Origin: an uncultured Acidobacteriota bacterium
GTDB taxonomy: Bacteria; Acidobacteriota; Thermoanaerobaculia; UBA5066
Assembly (NCBI GenBank): GCA_963779415.1
Contig: CAVZYA010000001.1
Location: 516,519-580,518 of the forward strand
Direction of reading: 5' to 3'
DNA length: 64,000 nt
Under the pieces are notes generated by a model, which ran no database searches, was not told the origin of the DNA, and saw nothing but the letters and a program-made list of their open reading frames with translations. The position numbers and the translations under genes are program-made. This document shows, one piece after another, positions 59,268 through 64,000 of this stretch (position 1 is its first letter; every line of letters starts with the position of its first letter).

Positions 59268-60236
59268 ATGGTCGAGCTTCTGGCGCCGGCAGGCAATCTT
59301 CCGATGGTCGAGGCCGCCCTGGCGGGCGGCGCGAACGCGATCTACGTCGGCGCCCGCGGGTGGAGTCGGCGGCGCGACCGTTACGAGCTGGCGGACGACG
59401 AGGTGAAGGCCGCGATCGGCATCGCCCACGGGGGCGGCGCGAAGCTGCGGGTGGCCATCAACACCAACATGCAGTCCCACGAGATTCCGCCCCTGCTCCG
59501 GAAGATGGAGCGCTTCGTCGCCTGGGGGGTGGACGGAGCGATCATGACCGACATCGGCGCGATCGCGGAGGTTCACCGGAACTTCCCCGACCTCACCCTC
59601 CACGCCAGCATCGGGGCCAACATCCTCAACGACGAGGACGTCCGCTTCTATCGTTCGCTCGGCGTTTCCCAGGTCGTGGCGGACACGAAGCTGACGCTCA
59701 CGGAGCTGGCGTCCCGGAAGGGGCGGATCGACGTCGGAATCGAGATCCTGATCCACGCCAACAAGTGCTACACCTACCTCGGAAAATGCTGGATGTCCCC
59801 CTATCACCGGCTGGAGCGGACGACGGACCCCTTCGGAAAGGACATGTTCAAGGGAAGTCCCAACCGCGGCGGCCTCGACTACCGTGTCTGTCTGGAATCG
59901 TGGGACCTTTTCCACGGTGACGAGCCGTGGGAAAAGGGCGTGGCCTTGAAGAACGACGCCTTCTTCCTCCTGGAAGACATCCCCCACCTGATCCACCTCG
60001 GCGTCCATTGCCTGAAGGTGCAGGGGCGGGAGTATCCGGTCCCCCTCGTGGAGCGAATCGTCCGGTTCTACCGGGATCTGATCGACGCGTGTCTGGCTTC
60101 CCCGAAGGGCGAGCCCTTCGACTGTTCGCCATGGCACTCCCGCCTCGAGGCCATTCAGTCGGGACGCGACGCGGCCCGAGAGGAGGGAACCCGCCTCCTC
60201 CTGATCGAGGCCCGGCAACCGGTGCCGGCGCCCTGA
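59268..60236 (+). CDS. Peptidase U32 family protein (paralog 3 of 3)
   Basis: MVELLAPAGNLPMVEAALAGGANAIYVG classic U32 start. NKCYTYLGKCWMSPYH and YRVCLESW Cys motifs. Confidence 0.8.
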   Translation: MVELLAPAGNLPMVEAALAGGANAIYVGARGWSRRRDRYELADDEVKAAIGIAHGGGAKLRVAINTNMQSHEIPPLLRKMERFVAWGVDGAIMTDIGAIAEVHRNFPDLTLHASIGANILNDEDVRFYRSLGVSQVVADTKLTLTELASRKGRIDVGIEILIHANKCYTYLGKCWMSPYHRLERTTDPFGKDMFKGSPNRGGLDYRVCLESWDLFHGDEPWEKGVALKNDAFFLLEDIPHLIHLGVHCLKVQGREYPVPLVERIVRFYRDLIDACLASPKGEPFDCSPWHSRLEAIQSGRDAAREEGTRLLLIEARQPVPAP

Positions 60237-60243
60237 CACGGGT

Positions 60244-61440
60244 TTGAGCCGCTCCCGGCGTTCCGTATCGGGCGCGATCCTGGCGCTCGGCCTTCTCTCG
60301 GCGCACTGCTCCCGGGATAAGGGGAAAGGGATCGAGATTCGGGTCGGAGAGATCGACTCGTTGAGCGGCGCCCTGGCAGCCCAGGGGACGGCGGTTCATG
60401 AAGGGGTCGTCTTCGCCGTTTCCGAGGTCAACGCACGGGGAGGCCTTCGGGGCCGTCCCGTGATCCTGCTGACCCGCGACGACAGCGGCCAGCCGGACGC
60501 CGCCACGAACGCGGCCCACGACCTCGCCGTCCGCGAGAGCGTGAGCGCGCTGGTCGGGGGTTACGTCGACTCGATCGTCGGCCCGGCGGCCCAGGTCGCC
60601 GAGAGGGAGCGCGTTCCGTATGTCGCGGCCTCCTCCCTGGATCAGCGTCTCACGCAGCGCGGAAACGCCTGGTTCTTCAGGATCAGCCGCCTGGAGCCGT
60701 TCGTTCAGGCCACGACCGCCGTCCCGCTCGAAATCCTCCCCGCACGAAACGTCGCGATCCTCTATTCGTCGACGCCGGGGGCCACCCAGCTCGCCAGGCT
60801 CCAGAAGGAGCGGCTCGAGGCCCGGGGCGTGATCGTTTCTTCGTTCGACAGCTTCCAGACGGGGACCCCCGACTTCATCCCGCTTCTCACCCGCGGGAAG
60901 TCGGCCGGGGCGACCCTCCTCCTCATGGACGGCTTCTTCGCCGACAACCTCGTCCTCCTGCGGCAGCTCCACGGATCGTCCGGGCCCGTCCTGCCCGTCG
61001 TCGGCGCGTTCGGCATGGAGTTCCCCGCCCTCATCAGGCAGCTCGGCCCTCTCGGCGAGGGCGCGATCGGAGCGATCGTCTGGGAGCCCGGGATGTCGCT
61101 CTCGGGGGACGTGGAAGGGAGCCGCGCGTACGAGACCGGCTTCGAGAGGCAGTTCGGCCACCCCCCGGCGCCGCTCAGCATGTATGGCTACACGGCGATG
61201 CGGGCGGTCCTGGCCGCGCTGGAGCAGTCCGTCGCGGTCGGCACGACGCCGGAACGGGAAGCCGTCCGGGACGCGCTTCGAAAGACAGATCTCCTCCTCC
61301 CTTTGGAGCGCCTGAAATTCGACGAGCACGGAGATCCGCTCTTCTACCAGGTCGGCATTTTCCAGATCCAGGAGGGGCGGCACGTGCTCCTCTATCCGCG
61401 CGAGAGAGCCACCGGGGAGCCCGTCCGGCCGAAGTCCTGA
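60244..61440 (+). CDS. ABC transporter substrate-binding protein, type-I periplasmic binding fold (LivK/amide-binding-like), lipoprotein-type signal
   Basis: Signal/lipobox (AILALGLLSAHCS). ...IRVGEIDSLSGALAAQG...VGGYVDSIVGPAAQVAE... pattern. Confidence 0.8.
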   Translation: MSRSRRSVSGAILALGLLSAHCSRDKGKGIEIRVGEIDSLSGALAAQGTAVHEGVVFAVSEVNARGGLRGRPVILLTRDDSGQPDAATNAAHDLAVRESVSALVGGYVDSIVGPAAQVAERERVPYVAASSLDQRLTQRGNAWFFRISRLEPFVQATTAVPLEILPARNVAILYSSTPGATQLARLQKERLEARGVIVSSFDSFQTGTPDFIPLLTRGKSAGATLLLMDGFFADNLVLLRQLHGSSGPVLPVVGAFGMEFPALIRQLGPLGEGAIGAIVWEPGMSLSGDVEGSRAYETGFERQFGHPPAPLSMYGYTAMRAVLAALEQSVAVGTTPEREAVRDALRKTDLLLPLERLKFDEHGDPLFYQVGIFQIQEGRHVLLYPRERATGEPVRPKS

Positions 61441-61456
61441 GACCGGAGGCGGGACC

Positions 61457-62581
61457 TCAGGTCCAGTACTGGCGGGCGAGGTCGAGCAGCCGCTCGGCCA
61501 CCTGCCGGTTGCGGTGCGAAACCTCGTAGCGGTTCGGGACGTCCGGACGCGCCGTCAGGGGATCGTGAAGGCTCTCCGGCAGCGTCTCGCCGACGGCCCC
61601 CTGCCATCTTTCCCTCCAGGGCTCCGGAACCCCGGACACGATCGGAAGATCGTGCAGCAGGAGATAGAGGATGGCCCAGATCCGCGGGGCCGCTCCGAAC
61701 GAGTAGCCGCCCCCCAGCGTGAAGAGAACCCTCCCCGAGGCAAACAGCTCCGCCCACTCGAGGATCTGCCGGAAGAGAGCTTCGTAGTCCCGCGTCGTCA
61801 GCATCAGATCGGCGAGCGGATCGTCGAAATGCGCGTCGGCCCCGGCCTGGACGACGAGGACGTCGGGCCGGAAGTGCCGGAGCGCCGGCGGGAGCACCTG
61901 TTCGAAGACCTCGCGATAGCTCTCGCCCGCGGTGAACGGCTGGAGGGGCACGTTGAGCTTCAGGCCGCGGCCCGCGCCGGCGCCGAGTTCCCGGATCTCG
62001 CCGCTTCCCGGAAAGAGAAACTGCCCCGACTCGTGAAGGCTGAGGGTCATCACGCCCGGGTCTTCGTAGAGGATCTCCTGGACGCCGTTTCCGTGATGGA
62101 CGTCGATGTCGATGTATGCGGTCCGGAGGCCCCTCCGGGTGAACAGGTCGATGGCGACCGCGAGATCGTTGTAAATGCAGAAGCCCGAAGCGGAGCTTCG
62201 CCCCGCGTGATGGAGTCCCCCACCCAGCTGAAGGACCCGCTTTGCATTCCCTTCCGCGATGAGACGGGCCCCGAGCAGGGTCCCGCCCACGTGCAACCGG
62301 GCGGCCTCGTCCATGCCGGGGAAGGCGGGCGTGTCCTGGGTACCGAGCCCGTACACCGCCGCGTCGGGAACCGTTCCGCCCGCGCTCAGCTCCTCCACGC
62401 GCTGCACGTAGGCGTCGGCGTGGACGGCGAGAAGGTCCTCTCTCGTGGCGGGCTCCGGCTCGACCGACTCCACGGAATGGCCGAGCGCAGAGACGAGATC
62501 GAGAGTCATCTCGACACGGAGCGGGCTGAACGGATGCTTTTCGCCGAAAGAGTATTTCCGGTAGGCCGGGGCGAAGATCAC
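61457..62581 (-). CDS. Histone deacetylase family / acetoin-utilisation AcuC-like deacetylase
   Basis: ...GGGLHHAGRSSASGFCIYNDLAVAI...DIDVHHGNGVQ...QAGADAHFDDPL. GTG start overlaps the CBS gene stop (GTGA). Confidence 0.85.
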   Translation of the reverse strand: MIFAPAYRKYSFGEKHPFSPLRVEMTLDLVSALGHSVESVEPEPATREDLLAVHADAYVQRVEELSAGGTVPDAAVYGLGTQDTPAFPGMDEAARLHVGGTLLGARLIAEGNAKRVLQLGGGLHHAGRSSASGFCIYNDLAVAIDLFTRRGLRTAYIDIDVHHGNGVQEILYEDPGVMTLSLHESGQFLFPGSGEIRELGAGAGRGLKLNVPLQPFTAGESYREVFEQVLPPALRHFRPDVLVVQAGADAHFDDPLADLMLTTRDYEALFRQILEWAELFASGRVLFTLGGGYSFGAAPRIWAILYLLLHDLPIVSGVPEPWRERWQGAVGETLPESLHDPLTARPDVPNRYEVSHRNRQVAERLLDLARQYWT

Positions 62582-63207
62582 CGCGGGCACGGCTTCTCCG
62601 GGGGCCAGAGGACCTGGAAGCCGCCTTTCCGCAGGTCCTGCGCCAGATAGGCGGTCTCCATCGAACCGATCCGCAGCACGGTGCGAATGGCACTCGGCCC
62701 CTCCGGATAGGAGAGGATCGAATGGATGTTCAGCTTCCGTTCGCTGAGGAAGCCGGCGAGGCGTGCCAGCTCGCCGGGCTGATCCGGAAGGCGCACGTCG
62801 AGGCGGCCCGACGGCTTGTCGACGCCCGTCATCCGGATGAGGGCGTCGAGCAGATCGAGGCCGGTCACGATCCCGATCAGGCGCCCGTCGTCCAGGACGG
62901 GAAGGCAGCCGATCTTCCGCTCGCGCATGACGCGCGCGGCGTCCTCGATCGGATCCGAGGGATCCGCCGTCAGCGGGCGGGAACACATGACGCCGGAGAC
63001 CCGGCTGCCGGGGGAGAACGGGTTCGGCACGAGGACGCTCGTCGCCAGCCTCAGATCGCGGTCCGTGATGACGCCGACGAGCCTTCCTTCGTCCAGGACG
63101 GGCAGATGCCGGATTCCCTTCTCCCGCATCGTTCGGTATGCGTCTTCAAGGGTGGTGTCCGCGGAGACGGTCACGGCCGGACTCCGCATGATGTCCCGTA
63201 CCAACAT
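62578..63207 (-). CDS. CBS-pair domain protein with C-terminal ACT-like domain (paralog of 37287..37922)
   Basis: Two CBS motifs (HLPVLDEGRLVGVITDRDL; CLPVLDDGRLIGIVTGLDL). Confidence 0.8.
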   Translation of the reverse strand: MLVRDIMRSPAVTVSADTTLEDAYRTMREKGIRHLPVLDEGRLVGVITDRDLRLATSVLVPNPFSPGSRVSGVMCSRPLTADPSDPIEDAARVMRERKIGCLPVLDDGRLIGIVTGLDLLDALIRMTGVDKPSGRLDVRLPDQPGELARLAGFLSERKLNIHSILSYPEGPSAIRTVLRIGSMETAYLAQDLRKGGFQVLWPPEKPCPR

Positions 63208-63220
63208 GGGTGCGCCCTCC

Positions 63221-64000
63221 TCAGACGGGTTTCAGGCTTCCTTCCTCCAGCCAGTGCGTGAAAAGGCGGCGGATTCTGAAGGAGTCGGCGGGGATCGACT
63301 CCTCGCAGAGGCGCGGGCTCGCACCCTGGGAGGCCCGGGCCCACACCTGCTGCTGAAGGACGGCGTCCGATTCCTCCCCAAGCGCCGTCGGCTTCTGACC
63401 CGAGGCCGTGAGGTAGAGATCGTCCGGAATGAGGGCCGCGGCGCGCTGGAACTCGTCGTAGCGCCGCATCCCCTCGAGAAGGAGCGGCACGACCTCGCGG
63501 GGCGGCGGATCGGTCTCCTTCCGCGGCGCCGTCTCCTGCTTCGTAAAGGCGAACGTCCCCGGGAATGGCCTCTCGAAGAACTGGTAGCAGGCGTCGTCCC
63601 CCTTCAGGATGCCGAACTGGGCCGCACGAACCCGCCCGTGCTCCATCGTGATCGTCCCGACGCCGTTTCCCTTCTGGTCACGGAGCACGAGCTGACCCGT
63701 GACCTCCGAGACGCCGAGGCTCTGGAGGAGGCTCGGAAGCTCGAAGAGCTCGAGGTCGCCCGAGAGGCTCGCCGTCGCCGCCTCCTGAACGTGCTGCACG
63801 TCGAAGCCTCCGAGGACCTTCGCGGCGATCCGCGAGAACTCCTGGTTCGGGAAGCTCTCGACGATGTTCTCCATCAGCTTCCGGACCTGGGGCAACGGGG
63901 TCCCGGAAAGGGACTCGATGATCTGGCCGATCCGCTCGTCGTTCTTCTTCAGGACGAGCCCGAGCACCTTGAACGGCAGCTCCGACCGAAGGCTCTTGAG
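63221..64000 (-). CDS. DUF4388-like (PatA-N-like) domain protein, N-terminus beyond the window end
   Basis: ORF open to the window edge; ...LSGDLELFELPSLLQSLGVSEVTGQLVL... is typical of DUF4388. Confidence 0.45.
   Translation of the reverse strand, partial: LKSLRSELPFKVLGLVLKKNDERIGQIIESLSGTPLPQVRKLMENIVESFPNQEFSRIAAKVLGGFDVQHVQEAATASLSGDLELFELPSLLQSLGVSEVTGQLVLRDQKGNGVGTITMEHGRVRAAQFGILKGDDACYQFFERPFPGTFAFTKQETAPRKETDPPPREVVPLLLEGMRRYDEFQRAAALIPDDLYLTASGQKPTALGEESDAVLQQQVWARASQGASPRLCEESIPADSFRIRRLFTHWLEEGSLKPV

Noticed and set aside
1-64000. Search for CRISPR arrays, tRNA/rRNA genes, transposases, integrases or phage genes
   Set aside because: No repeat-spacer periodicity, no tRNA-like cloverleaf regions in the few low-GC intergenic stretches, and no recognisable transposase, integrase or phage structural ORFs. 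The window looks like a chromosomal metabolic/regulatory region rather than a mobile element.

Overview
High-GC (~68-70%) bacterial chromosomal window, gene-dense on both strands. No rRNA/tRNA, CRISPR, transposase or integrase was recognised. Codon usage and gene content suggest an Acidobacteria- or delta-proteobacteria-like organism, but that is a guess. Most six-frame ORFs are antisense or alternate-frame artefacts of the GC content; about 60 real genes can be supported.

Main content:
- Ser/Thr kinase, aminotransferase, aldehyde dehydrogenase, bactofilin and a porin at the 5' end.
- An OFA-family MFS transporter, two tandem family-III CoA-transferases and four small Cys/Trp-rich proteins in one operon, closed by a strong intrinsic terminator.
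- The most interesting region, about 12.0-19.4 kb: an operon encoding small proteins (one with a beta-grasp-like ...QEGGG motif plus a tail), a protein with a UBC/E2-like HPx...GxICL motif, a ClpX-like AAA+ unfoldase lacking the zinc-binding domain and IGF loop, a JAB/MPN metalloprotease, a two-domain ThiF/E1-like enzyme and an MBL-fold/TPR protein. Together this looks like a bacterial ubiquitin-like conjugation system coupled to an unfoldase.
- A sigma-54-controlled Hme/DsrMKJOP-like membrane redox complex with a canonical -24/-12 promoter (TGGCAC-N5-TTGC) and a divergent PAS-bEBP.
- A cluster of at least 8 frameshifts within 44.1-47.5 kb, and another at about 53.5 kb.
- A protein-acetylation theme: a Pat-like GNAT-NDP-forming acyl-CoA synthetase, a GNAT-HDAC fusion, a second HDAC, and an HDAC-CBS two-gene module present twice.
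- Three tandem U32-family paralogs, Liv-type ABC transporter genes, and several acyl-CoA enzymes.
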